This document shows positions 8,282 through 17,922 of a stretch of DNA of 64,000 nt, one piece after another (position 1 is the stretch's first letter; every line of letters starts with the position of its first letter). The position numbers and the translations under genes are program-made. This DNA is from Patescibacteria group bacterium (GTDB lineage Bacteria; Patescibacteriota; Minisyncoccia; RBG-13-40-8-A): the NCBI GenBank assembly GCA_018897295.1, contig JAHILA010000009.1:3154-67153 (forward strand), written 5' to 3'. Under the pieces are notes generated by a model that was given only the letters and a program-made list of their open reading frames with translations, ran no database searches and was not told the origin of the DNA.

Positions 8282-9538
8282 TTATTCGTGTCTTAGTGCT
8301 TCAATTGGATTAAGTTTGGCAGCTTTCTTAGCAGGATAAATACCGAAAACCAAACCGACAATTGCAGCAACCCCGAATGCCAGGACAACCGCGCTAACAG
8401 GAACAGCAAAACCCCAGCTTATATTCAAAACACTGCTCAAGACAATTGCTACGATAAAAGAAATCGATGTACCGCCAAGAAATCCTATGATCCCGCCGAT
8501 TAAGGTTAGGGTAATTGATTCCAATAAAAACTGATTCAAAATATCCTTATTTCTTGCGCCAACTGCTTTTCTTAAGCCAATTTCTTTTGTCCTTTCTGTA
8601 ACTGAAACCAGCATTATATTCATGATGCCGATTCCGCCGACAATTAAAGCAATCGCAGCAATAGAAGAAAGAAATGCAGTAAGAATTCCGGTAATCTGGG
8701 CCATCATATTGCTTGCTTCAACTTGGCTCATTACTTTAAAATCATCCCTGGATAAGTCCCCTTCTGGATTATAAATATTATGAGTATCTCTGAGAATAAA
8801 ACGAATATTCTCCATTAATCTATCCACAGTATCTTCATTTATAGCCCGGACAGTAATAGCGTTTAAATGATCTATTCCCAATAAAAGTTTCTGGGCAGTT
8901 GTTACGGGAATATAAACATATTCGTCATAATTCTGGAACATTTCCATCCCGCGTTCTTCCATTACGCCAATTACTTTGAAACTGGTTTTTTTAATCCTAA
9001 TCGTTTTGCCAATCGGATCTTCTTCTCCGAATAAATCTCCTGCTATTTTATAGCCCAATGTTGCCACTCTTGCCATACTTTTAACTTCTTCTTCATTAAT
9101 ATCCCTTCCAATAACTGCATGCCAATCATCCATAATATATGCTTCTGGAGTTGTTCCTATGAAAGTTATTTTTTCATCATTATTCTGATAAACAGCCCTG
9201 GCAGTTCCATAAACCATTGGATAAGCCATATCTACTAAAGGGTCTTTTTCTATTGCTTCCATGTCTTTAAGTTTTAGGGTTTTTATTGTCATCTCCTCCA
9301 ATGCCATTTCCATGCCAAAACCTCCTTTGGGATCAAATGAACCTGGTTCAATATAGATACTATTAGAACCCAAGGACTGAATTTGACCTATAATTAAATT
9401 TTGGGCGCTTCTGCCAATTGACATCATTAAAATTACCGAACCAACGCCAATAATAATGCCAAGCATAGTTAAAGCAGAGCGCATTTTATTCGTCCTTAAT
9501 GTAATAAAAGAAATTTTAAGAGAATCTCTGAGTCTCAT
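8282..9538 (-). CDS. ABC transporter permease, MacB/FtsX-like (periplasmic domain plus 4 TM helices)
   Basis: N-terminal TM helix, large extracytoplasmic domain and C-terminal FtsX-type helices. Lies downstream of the ABC ATPase. Confidence 0.75.
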   Translation of the reverse strand: MRLRDSLKISFITLRTNKMRSALTMLGIIIGVGSVILMMSIGRSAQNLIIGQIQSLGSNSIYIEPGSFDPKGGFGMEMALEEMTIKTLKLKDMEAIEKDPLVDMAYPMVYGTARAVYQNNDEKITFIGTTPEAYIMDDWHAVIGRDINEEEVKSMARVATLGYKIAGDLFGEEDPIGKTIRIKKTSFKVIGVMEERGMEMFQNYDEYVYIPVTTAQKLLLGIDHLNAITVRAINEDTVDRLMENIRFILRDTHNIYNPEGDLSRDDFKVMSQVEASNMMAQITGILTAFLSSIAAIALIVGGIGIMNIMLVSVTERTKEIGLRKAVGARNKDILNQFLLESITLTLIGGIIGFLGGTSISFIVAIVLSSVLNISWGFAVPVSAVVLAFGVAAIVGLVFGIYPAKKAAKLNPIEALRHE

Positions 9539-9541
9539 AAT

Positions 9542-10252
9542 TTATTTCAGCAGTCCATTTTTAGCGATTTTTCTGTCCGCTACTCGTTCATCGCTAACTA
9601 TCTGCCCATCTTTTAATTTTATTATTCTTCTTGCCATTTCCGCTGTATATTGTTCATGCGTGACTAAAATAATCGTATGTCCTACTTCATTTAAATCCTG
9701 TAAAATTTCCATTATTTGCTGACCTGACTTACTGTCCAGATTTCCTGTTGGCTCATCAGCAAAAATTACTGAAGGATCATTTACAATTGCCCGTGCAATT
9801 GCCACTCTCTGCTGTTCGCCTCCGGACAGTTGATTCGATAAATGCTTCATTCTATGGGAAAGCCCAACTGATTCAATCGCTTTCATAACTCTCTGCTTTT
9901 TTTCTTCCTCAGAAATTTTTGTGTAGGCAAGAGGCAATCTGACATTTTCAAAAACTGTTGTCCTGGGAAGCAGATTGAAAAACTGAAAAATAAATCCCAA
10001 TTTATTGTTTCTGACAAAAGCCAATTGGTCATCATCTAAATCTTCAATTCTTTGATTTTCAAATTTATAAACACCAGAACTTGGCCTGTCCAGGAATCCC
10101 ATAATATGCATTAATGTCGATTTGCCGGAACCGGACGGCCCCATAATTGCCAAGAATTCTCCCTTTTCAATATTAAAAGAAACCCTCTCCAGGGCCACTG
10201 TTTTTACTTCATCATCCGAATATTCTTTTCTAAGATTTTCTGCTACAATCAT
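9542..10252 (-). CDS. ABC transporter ATP-binding protein (MacB/LolD-type)
   Basis: Walker [13 protein letters not shown] signature [14 protein letters not shown]. Walker [12 protein letters not shown]. Confidence 0.9.
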   Translation of the reverse strand: MIVAENLRKEYSDDEVKTVALERVSFNIEKGEFLAIMGPSGSGKSTLMHIMGFLDRPSSGVYKFENQRIEDLDDDQLAFVRNNKLGFIFQFFNLLPRTTVFENVRLPLAYTKISEEEKKQRVMKAIESVGLSHRMKHLSNQLSGGEQQRVAIARAIVNDPSVIFADEPTGNLDSKSGQQIMEILQDLNEVGHTIILVTHEQYTAEMARRIIKLKDGQIVSDERVADRKIAKNGLLK

Positions 10253-10257
10253 TTATT

Positions 10258-11880
10258 TCAATTTTTCATGAATGTAATAATTTTCTCTCCTTCGCTTAAA
10301 CCGCTTAAAATTTCAATTTCCCCTTTATTGCCGCGCAATCCAGTAGTAACTTCTGTTTCTACTATTTCCTCGCCGTCTAAAACTCTGACAAATTTTTTAC
10401 TATTTTTAGAAACAACTGCTCTTTGCGGAACATTCAAGACATTATCTCTTTTCTCTGCCTGAATTGTCGCTTCCCCTGACATTCCTGATTTTATTTTTTG
10501 TTCATCTCCTTCAAATAAAATTTTTACTTTATAATAAACAACGCTGTCAATTATGGTTTTACTTGAATCAATCTCAATAATCTGGCCAAGGAACGATTCT
10601 TCTGGAAGCGCATCCAAGATTATTAAAACTGGATCATCCATGCTTACTTTGCTGATATCTGTTTCCGGGATATCAATTTCTATTTGCAATCCTTCTGGGT
10701 TAGTTAAAGATACAATTACTTTCTCGCCAACAGTAATTACTTCTCCGATTCTTACATCTATTTTTGCAATTATCCCGTCAAAGGGTGCAATAATAGAAGC
10801 ATCGCTTAATTTTTTGCTGTATTCAGCCAAGTTTGCCTTATATTTATCAACATCTGCCTGATAAACCGCGATATCAACCACGCGTGGCGAGGCTTGCAGT
10901 TTTTCTAAATCAACTTTGGCTTTATTGTAAGCACTTTCAACTGTATTGATGTTTATTTGATTCGTAACTTTCTGATTAGCAATGTCTGCCTTGGCAGTAT
11001 TAATATTGCTGACGGCAGCATTAAGATTGACAATATTCGTATCAATTGTAGTTCTATCCGTAGTAGAAACCTTTTCCCTTGTAGATGGATCACTCATTGC
11101 GGTTTTGGTATAATCCAAAGCATCTGTGATTTTCTGGAGTGCGAGCCACATATTGTCCAAAGCCGCATCAATATTGCTATATGTCGGATTTATTTCAGAA
11201 TCATCAACATAATCTTTCGCGCCTTTTATTTTGGAAGTTCCCAAATATGCTTCTTCTGCTTTGTCATTTTTATCCCTAAAAATAACGGATAAAGAATCGC
11301 TATAATAGAAATACAATCTTTCTATATCTTTCAGGTCTGCTAATGCCTTGTTATATTTACTGGAAGAATCAATTAAATATACCAAAGCTGAACCATAATC
11401 TTGATTTAAATCATTTTCTGCCTTGTCTCGAGCATCTTCAAGAGCTATTCTGGCATTTTCTAAAACTTGCTCGCTGACTTTTATTTCCTCGCTGCTTGCG
11501 CCTGCCAAAAGCTGATCTAATTTTGCTTTTACCTGACTGTAGCTTGCCTGCGCCTGCAAATACTGGCTGTAAACAGTACCGGAATCTAAACTTACTAAAT
11601 ATACCCCCTTTTTGACCTTGTCGCCAACCTTAACCAGAATTCTTTCTACTGTACCATTGGTTTTAAACCTTAAATCAATTTCATCAATTGATTGAACCAT
11701 GCCATTGGCGGAAACTTCTTGAATCACGTCTCCTCTTGCAACGAATCCTGTCTCGTATGTCGGCTTTTCGGATTTTAAAACAGGAATTAAGATAAGAACA
11801 ATAACAATCAAAACAATACCAAGAATTATCTTGGTTTTTCTTTTTAATGTTTTAATTTTCTGCAATGAATCTTTCAACAT
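10258..11880 (-). CDS. Periplasmic adaptor / membrane-fusion protein (HlyD/MacA-like) with long coiled coil
   Basis: N-terminal TM helix, biotinyl/lipoyl-like half-domains and ~250 aa of coiled coil. First gene of the adaptor-ATPase-permease operon. Confidence 0.7.
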   Translation of the reverse strand: MLKDSLQKIKTLKRKTKIILGIVLIVIVLILIPVLKSEKPTYETGFVARGDVIQEVSANGMVQSIDEIDLRFKTNGTVERILVKVGDKVKKGVYLVSLDSGTVYSQYLQAQASYSQVKAKLDQLLAGASSEEIKVSEQVLENARIALEDARDKAENDLNQDYGSALVYLIDSSSKYNKALADLKDIERLYFYYSDSLSVIFRDKNDKAEEAYLGTSKIKGAKDYVDDSEINPTYSNIDAALDNMWLALQKITDALDYTKTAMSDPSTREKVSTTDRTTIDTNIVNLNAAVSNINTAKADIANQKVTNQININTVESAYNKAKVDLEKLQASPRVVDIAVYQADVDKYKANLAEYSKKLSDASIIAPFDGIIAKIDVRIGEVITVGEKVIVSLTNPEGLQIEIDIPETDISKVSMDDPVLIILDALPEESFLGQIIEIDSSKTIIDSVVYYKVKILFEGDEQKIKSGMSGEATIQAEKRDNVLNVPQRAVVSKNSKKFVRVLDGEEIVETEVTTGLRGNKGEIEILSGLSEGEKIITFMKN

Positions 11881-11950
11881 TTTCGCAATATAGGTATTAT
11901 AAACAATTAAAATCCTCCAAGCAAGTTTTTTAAACCATATAAAAAGGAAT

Positions 11951-11983
11951 AAAAAAAAGAGCGGGGCGCTTGCCGCCGCTCCT
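11951..11983 (-). terminator. Rho-independent terminator downstream of the 12003-12257 gene
   Basis: Hairpin GAGCGGCGGCAAGCGCCCCGCTC followed by TTTTTTTT on the minus strand. Confidence 0.6.
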
Positions 11984-12002
11984 ATTTAAATCCCGCTCCT
12001 TG

Positions 12003-12257
12003 TTATCTTAAATATAAGATAACCCTCCTCGATTCTTTGATGACGCTGTGTGTGCTGTCGCCATGTAGATTTTTGGAAAGCTCCTTGATTGCCTGAAGAG
12101 ATTTTCCGGCCAATTCTTTCCCTAGCCTTTCAACGACAGAAACAACGATAATCGGTTTCCGGTCTTTGGTAATTTTCATTTGAACAGGGATGAATCTGCC
12201 ATCCTCTTCAAAATACATCTCCAAGCCCTCGCCAAACAGATTTTTTAATTTCGTCAT
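12003..12257 (-). CDS. Small hypothetical protein (start moved to MTKLKN, which has a GGAGG RBS)
   Basis: AAGGAGG lies 6 nt upstream of the ATG at 12257. A terminator follows. Confidence 0.5.
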   Translation of the reverse strand: MTKLKNLFGEGLEMYFEEDGRFIPVQMKITKDRKPIIVVSVVERLGKELAGKSLQAIKELSKNLHGDSTHSVIKESRRVILYLR

Positions 12258-12304
12258 TTTTCCTCCTTGAATCTTCAATATAGCATACTTCAACTAAAAA
12301 GTCA

Positions 12305-12334
12305 AGAAAAACAAAAAATCTCCGCAAGAGGAGA
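12305..12334 (-). terminator. Rho-independent terminator after the three-Cys-motif gene
   Basis: Hairpin TCTCC-TCTTGC-GGAGA followed by TTTTTTGTTTTT on the minus strand. Confidence 0.5.
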
Positions 12335-12369
12335 ATTTTGAGAGGATAATAAAAATTAATATAGAGGTC

Positions 12370-13194
12370 CTAATACTGATAAATTGGCAAAGGTGCGACC
12401 TTGAAAATTTTTTCTGTTTTTTTGTTATATTTTTCCTCGGTTCCGTTTTTTATATGATATTCAATTCCTTTTCTCTGACAAAAATTAATAACTCTATCTG
12501 ATTGTCTTTGATAAAAATCCTTATTATTTCCATAATTCGATTTTACATTGTAGTTTAATTTTCCAAATACAATTTTATCTACAAAAGATACAGAATTTAA
12601 AACTTCCCATATATTCTGTTCCTGTAAATTAGGCGTTGGGTATGGCTCCATACTCGCCCAAGTTTTTAATCCTTTTTTGTGTAAATATTCTAATGCCTTG
12701 ATTCTTTCTTTATATGGCGCAGAATATGGTTCAAATCTTTTCTTGAAGTTTTTGCTTAAAGAAATAAGAGTTATTCCATATTCATTATTTTGCCCATATT
12801 TTTCGATATCCATTAATTCTTTTGGATAAATCCCTTTTGTTAGAACAGTGCAACGAATATTGTCTTTATTTAATCTCTCAATTATTTTCAGAGTTAAATC
12901 TGCCACCTCTGGATATTTATACATAAAAGGATCGGTCGAAAAACATAAATGGACATATTTAATTTTATTTTTATATTTGGGAATTTCTTTCTCTAATAAC
13001 TGTAAGGCATTAGATACAATCTTGGGTTTTATCCAATCCTTATAATCTTTTATTGCCCCAGTTCTCTTTTTCATCATCATGGCATAACAGGGAAAATTAC
13101 AACCATGAGCACATCCTTCCACGTGGTTAATACAAAAATCAGCATATTCAACCCCACTTCTATATAATAAGGTTTTACGGGTTATGCTTTTCAT
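12370..13194 (-). CDS. Three-Cys-motif protein (C-x3-C-x3-C, radical-SAM-like spacing variant), function unknown
   Basis: HVEGCAHGCNFPCYA near the N-terminus. Adjacent to a TcmP-like partner gene. Confidence 0.5.
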   Translation of the reverse strand: MKSITRKTLLYRSGVEYADFCINHVEGCAHGCNFPCYAMMMKKRTGAIKDYKDWIKPKIVSNALQLLEKEIPKYKNKIKYVHLCFSTDPFMYKYPEVADLTLKIIERLNKDNIRCTVLTKGIYPKELMDIEKYGQNNEYGITLISLSKNFKKRFEPYSAPYKERIKALEYLHKKGLKTWASMEPYPTPNLQEQNIWEVLNSVSFVDKIVFGKLNYNVKSNYGNNKDFYQRQSDRVINFCQRKGIEYHIKNGTEEKYNKKTEKIFKVAPLPIYQY

Positions 13195-13209
13195 ATTTAT
13201 ATTATACCA

Positions 13210-14097
13210 TTATTTTGGGACTTTTAAAATTAAATTATGTTCTAATAATTTTAAAGCTTTAAGCTTCTCAAAATGTTTAAAAATGTCTTCTACAATCTTT
13301 TTGGCTTTATCATTATGCCCCGCATAAATTAAACAATAAAGTGGTGTATTCTTCGAATTTCTCATAATTAATGGCAGAGAAACATATTCAAACACAGATT
13401 TCAATCTTTTAATGAAGTATTCGCTTAGCTTCTTGCCATCAATGTAATCTTTTATCTTTATGGGCCCAAAAAGAGTAGACGCATCAATATACATTATATT
13501 CTGCCAGTCATTATTCCCCCAAAAGCGGTTCATTCTTTCTATGTGTTTTTGAGTAAGCTTACTTGGATTATTTAACAAACAAGCTCTATTTATTGCCATA
13601 ATGGGCATATTTAAAAATATCTCAATTGTTTTTATTTTAGCTGCCTGCTCTATTATTTCCCAACTTATATTCATTCCAAAGGGATCTAAAAACACTAAAA
13701 CTCTTTTAAAACTACTATATGGAAACTGCGGTATCAATTTAGTGAGAACCTCATTGCAATCATCATTTTTTATTATTATCTCTAAATCTTTAAATCGTCT
13801 TTTAATAGATTCTAGTTTTTTTATTCTCCATTTTTCTTTCTCTATAAAAAAATATGCAGTAAAAGGGTTTTTAATGCTCAAGGCGCAACATGGAGAACCA
13901 TCTATAAATCGTTTTTCATCTCTAGCTTTCGGCTTACCAGTTCCGGCGAAAGCATCAATATAATAATAACCTTTACACCACCTTTGATTCTTCATTATTT
14001 TAGTGTAAGCCTCTAAATATTTCTTTAATAAAGAAAGTTTGTCTTCTGACCATCTGCCAACTTCATCAAATTGATCTTTTTTTCTTATAATTTTCAT
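13210..14097 (-). CDS. TcmP-like partner protein with a SAM-methyltransferase-like FAGTG motif
   Basis: YIDAFAGTGK motif (MTase motif I-like). From memory, this resembles the 'three-Cys-motif partner protein TcmP' family. Gene pair arrangement. Confidence 0.45.
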   Translation of the reverse strand: MKIIRKKDQFDEVGRWSEDKLSLLKKYLEAYTKIMKNQRWCKGYYYIDAFAGTGKPKARDEKRFIDGSPCCALSIKNPFTAYFFIEKEKWRIKKLESIKRRFKDLEIIIKNDDCNEVLTKLIPQFPYSSFKRVLVFLDPFGMNISWEIIEQAAKIKTIEIFLNMPIMAINRACLLNNPSKLTQKHIERMNRFWGNNDWQNIMYIDASTLFGPIKIKDYIDGKKLSEYFIKRLKSVFEYVSLPLIMRNSKNTPLYCLIYAGHNDKAKKIVEDIFKHFEKLKALKLLEHNLILKVPK

Positions 14098-14195
14098 AAA
14101 TTTTTTCCTCTCCCCGCCCCGCCAACCAATATTAGTATCTGGTAGTTAGTATTTAGTATATACGATTAATTATGTAAACTTACTCTCTTGTTTCT

Positions 14196-16883
14196 TTAAT
14201 TATTTTTTAAAATCCTGACCACTCCCTCATTCGCATCGACCTCAATCAAATCGCCGTCTTTTAAAATATCGGTGGCGATTTTTGTGCCAATAATACAGGG
14301 CTTTTTCATCTCTCTGGCCACAATTGCCGCATGACAAGTAATCCCACCTTCGTCTGTAATAAAGGCTATGGCCTTTTTCATTGCTGGAAGATACTTTGGC
14401 ATGGTCATAGCAGCAACAAGTATATCTCCTTTTTTGACTTTATCAATATCAAAAACTTTTGATACTTTTTTCACAACGCCTTTTACTTTGCCCTTATAAG
14501 CTATCTGCCCTTTAATTTCATTCCCTTTATATTGGGTTTCTCCGGAAACCGCAGATTTATTATCTTCTAATTTTATTCCTAACTTATCTAAATTCTCCTG
14601 TGGGTTTCCAGTATATACTTTTTCTTTATAATAAATAAATCCCTTTTCTCTTTCATTTATCTTTTCAATAAAATTAGGATCTTTAATTTCCCCAGACCAT
14701 ACTTCCTCTGGTAAAATAAATCTTGTTTTTCCTTTTAATTTAGGAAAAAATCTTCTTAAAGCCTCTTCAAAAATAATTTCAGGAGTTTCATTATGCCCTT
14801 GTGTCTTTTCTCTGGCATCTAGGGCAATTTTTTTTAATTCTTCATCTACAGAAAGAGTTGGAATTATAAATATAATAGCCGTATAAGACCATACAAAAGC
14901 ATAAAGTTCTTGTACTTTTCTTAACTCCTTTAAATTTTTTATTTTCTTTTTGCCAGCATAATATTGTTTTAATTGACTAAATAAATCCAAGAAATTTTTA
15001 ATTTGTCCTATCATATACTCTTTTTTCTGGCATTTTTTAAATATGCTTCCAAAAACTCTTTTTAATTCGTTGGGTTCATAGTATATACTGACTAAATCTC
15101 CTCCTTTATAAACCGCGCAGGCTTCTGTTATTCCATCCCTGACTATCTTTTTCATTCCTTCACCCATAGAATTATACCAACTAGCTAATCTAAAGAAAGA
15201 ATACTCCCTGGAGTGTTCTTTTGTGAAAACTTTTATCTGTTCGTCATCAAATTTAATATTCTCTTCTTTAATTAATTTATCTATTTCCTCCCCGACATAA
15301 AACTTGTTTTGATAATATACATATCCATTCGATCTTTCCCTAAGCTCTTTTTTGATTATTTCCCTATTTTCAAAAACTTCTTCTGGCAATATATACGGAA
15401 TTTCATTCTCCCTATATCTTCCCTTATAAATTGTTTTTAGTCCTTTTTTTAAAACATCGTCAAATATATCATCATACCTCTCTGTCTTTTCTCTAACATC
15501 CATTGAAATTTTTAAATTTTCCTTAGGAAGATAAGTTAAATTCGGCACAATAAAAACTATACCCAAAAGAGTATAATAATCTTTATATCTATTATAGAAC
15601 CAATTCAGCTCTTCTTTTGAGGTAATGGTTTTCTTTCTCTCTAAATAAGGCAAGAATTCATCAAACATTTCTAAAAATTTCTTTGTAATTTCCTTAACAA
15701 ACCTTATCGATTTTGCTTTTTTGCCAATGACTTCAAATAATTTTTCAAGATCTGTTTTATAATAATAAACCTTTACCAAATTTTCTCCTTTTTTAAAACG
15801 GATTAATGTATGAGATAATCCAATATTTCCAATAAAATCTTTAACATCAGGCGTTATACTTTTTAACCAAACTCCAACCTTGAATAAGCTCATTTCTCTA
15901 GCATGACCTTTTTCTAAAAATAACTCTATTTTTGTAATTTTATCGCCCAAGGTTGTAATCGGTCTGCTTTGAACAATATAAAATTTATTGTTGGCAAATG
16001 CCCATTCAATATCAACCGGAAAACCATAATGATTTTCTATTTTTAAAATTAACTCGGATAGTTTAAGGATTTGTTTATCAGATAAAACCTGCTTTTCTCC
16101 TATTTTTTTCGGGATTGATTTCCATTCGCTACCATTAATTTTGGCTCTATATAGACCTCTGTCCTGAATATTCACATTAATATCAATAATTCTTCTCGGT
16201 TTCTTCTCGACCACATAGCTGTCTGGCGTAACCTGACCGGAAACAATTGCTTCTCCTAAGCCAAAGCTGGCTTCAATAATCAATTGATTTTCATCCTGCG
16301 TAACCGGATGAACAGAGAAAGCAACGCCGGATATTTCGCTATCTACCATCTTTTGAACTACCACAGCTACCGAGATTTTTTGCTTGTGCAGATTTTTTTC
16401 GTATCTGTAGAATATAGCGCGCGGAGTAAATAATGAAGCCCAACACTTTTTAACATTTTCCAAAAGATTTTTCTCGGTTGTATTTAGATACGATTCCAAC
16501 TGTCCTGCCCAAGCTGCTGAAGAACTATCTTCGGCAGTGGCGCTGGAACGAACTGCTACATATTTTGCTTTTAATTGTTTAAATGATTTTTTTATTTCGT
16601 TAGAAATAATTTTTGGCATTTCTGCATTTAGAATCAGCACTTTTATTTTTTCCGAAGCGTCGTCAATTGTATGAATTTCTTTGTGATTTACATTATCTAA
16701 GATTGAATCTATCTCCACGTTTAAATCCGTCTCTTTTAAAAATTGCTCAAATGCATCAGATAAAATAATAAATCCAGGAGGAATCGGAATTCCTGCCTGG
16801 GTCATTTCTCCAAGAGATGCTCCTTTGCCGCCGGCAATAGACGCATCATTTTTATTTATTTGTTTAAAGGTTTTAATAAACAT
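14196..16883 (-). CDS. PEP-utilizing-enzyme family phosphotransferase (N-terminal PPDK-type ATP-grasp, C-terminal phosphohistidine swivel domain; rifampin-phosphotransferase/PpsA-like architecture)
   Basis: N-terminus ASIAGGKGASLGEM...IPIPPGF. C-terminus GGITCHAAIVAREMKKPCIIGT...DGDLIEVDANEGVV. Internal ~90-aa duplication. Confidence 0.7.
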   Translation of the reverse strand: MFIKTFKQINKNDASIAGGKGASLGEMTQAGIPIPPGFIILSDAFEQFLKETDLNVEIDSILDNVNHKEIHTIDDASEKIKVLILNAEMPKIISNEIKKSFKQLKAKYVAVRSSATAEDSSSAAWAGQLESYLNTTEKNLLENVKKCWASLFTPRAIFYRYEKNLHKQKISVAVVVQKMVDSEISGVAFSVHPVTQDENQLIIEASFGLGEAIVSGQVTPDSYVVEKKPRRIIDINVNIQDRGLYRAKINGSEWKSIPKKIGEKQVLSDKQILKLSELILKIENHYGFPVDIEWAFANNKFYIVQSRPITTLGDKITKIELFLEKGHAREMSLFKVGVWLKSITPDVKDFIGNIGLSHTLIRFKKGENLVKVYYYKTDLEKLFEVIGKKAKSIRFVKEITKKFLEMFDEFLPYLERKKTITSKEELNWFYNRYKDYYTLLGIVFIVPNLTYLPKENLKISMDVREKTERYDDIFDDVLKKGLKTIYKGRYRENEIPYILPEEVFENREIIKKELRERSNGYVYYQNKFYVGEEIDKLIKEENIKFDDEQIKVFTKEHSREYSFFRLASWYNSMGEGMKKIVRDGITEACAVYKGGDLVSIYYEPNELKRVFGSIFKKCQKKEYMIGQIKNFLDLFSQLKQYYAGKKKIKNLKELRKVQELYAFVWSYTAIIFIIPTLSVDEELKKIALDAREKTQGHNETPEIIFEEALRRFFPKLKGKTRFILPEEVWSGEIKDPNFIEKINEREKGFIYYKEKVYTGNPQENLDKLGIKLEDNKSAVSGETQYKGNEIKGQIAYKGKVKGVVKKVSKVFDIDKVKKGDILVAAMTMPKYLPAMKKAIAFITDEGGITCHAAIVAREMKKPCIIGTKIATDILKDGDLIEVDANEGVVRILKNN

Positions 16884-16887
16884 TATT

Positions 16888-17922
16888 TTATTTTGCTTTC
16901 TTGATTATTTTAACTATTCCTTTATTCGCATCTACTTCCACTAAATCACCATCTTTAAAAACTTTGGTAGCAATTTTAGTGCCCATAATACATGGAATCT
17001 TCATCTCTCGACTAACTATCGCAGCATGACAAAGAAATCCTCCTTCATCTGAAATAATGGCCGAAGCCTTCTTAATAACTGGCAGATAGTCCGGAGTTGT
17101 CCCATGGGCAATCAAAATATCATCTTTTTTCATTTTACTAAATTCTCTAATTGATAATATTATTCTTGCCTTACCCCTAACTTTTCCTTTATATGCTGTA
17201 ATACCTTTTATTTCAGTTGTATCTTTTTTTTCAAATCTAAATCTTTTTATTTGTTTAAATTCGCTGATTGTTTTTTTATTAGTAACTACAATATCTTCAA
17301 ATAGAATAAACTCCTTAAGTTTTGGTTTGTACCTTTTTAAATAAGCTGGTAAAAATCTATTTTTTAGCAAGTAATTGTCCATTTCACCGCCAGGAGTGAA
17401 TAGTTTTTCAGTTTTAATCCTTGCCTGCTCGCATTTTTTTACCAACAACTTATCTTTTATAGGAATTTTTAAATCTTTGGCTAAATAAGGAATTATGAAT
17501 GTTAAAGCTTCAAATGCTAATATTTCTGACGCTAAATAAAAAACCTTTGAATCAGAAGTTTTATTTGAGGCATTTCCATTGGAAACAGATTTAAACTCTC
17601 TGACCTTCTCATAGTAATCTATTATTCTTTGATGCAGGATTTTATTACCAGTATTTGAATTTATCTTCTTAACAAGACAGCCGGTGAATCGTTTAAAATT
17701 GACAAAAAACTCATATAAATTTCTGGAATTCTTATAAATCAAAACATTCTTATAAATCAGGCAGCCACTTTCCCTTTTTAATAAACGGGTATAAGCATGA
17801 TAGATTGCAAACAAATAAGGAAAACTATATGGCCTTAAAAATATTAAAGAAGTACTCTTATGAGTTAAAAATTGATTTATTCTCTTGTCTATATCTTTAA
17901 TATCCATTTTACCTACCTTCAT
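16888..17922 (-). CDS. Protein with C-terminal PEP-utilizers mobile (phosphohistidine) domain
   Basis: C-terminus GGFLCHAAIVSREMKIPCIMGTKIA...DGDLVEVDANKGIV, paralogous to the C-terminus of the upstream 895-aa protein. Confidence 0.6.
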   Translation of the reverse strand: MKVGKMDIKDIDKRINQFLTHKSTSLIFLRPYSFPYLFAIYHAYTRLLKRESGCLIYKNVLIYKNSRNLYEFFVNFKRFTGCLVKKINSNTGNKILHQRIIDYYEKVREFKSVSNGNASNKTSDSKVFYLASEILAFEALTFIIPYLAKDLKIPIKDKLLVKKCEQARIKTEKLFTPGGEMDNYLLKNRFLPAYLKRYKPKLKEFILFEDIVVTNKKTISEFKQIKRFRFEKKDTTEIKGITAYKGKVRGKARIILSIREFSKMKKDDILIAHGTTPDYLPVIKKASAIISDEGGFLCHAAIVSREMKIPCIMGTKIATKVFKDGDLVEVDANKGIVKIIKKAK

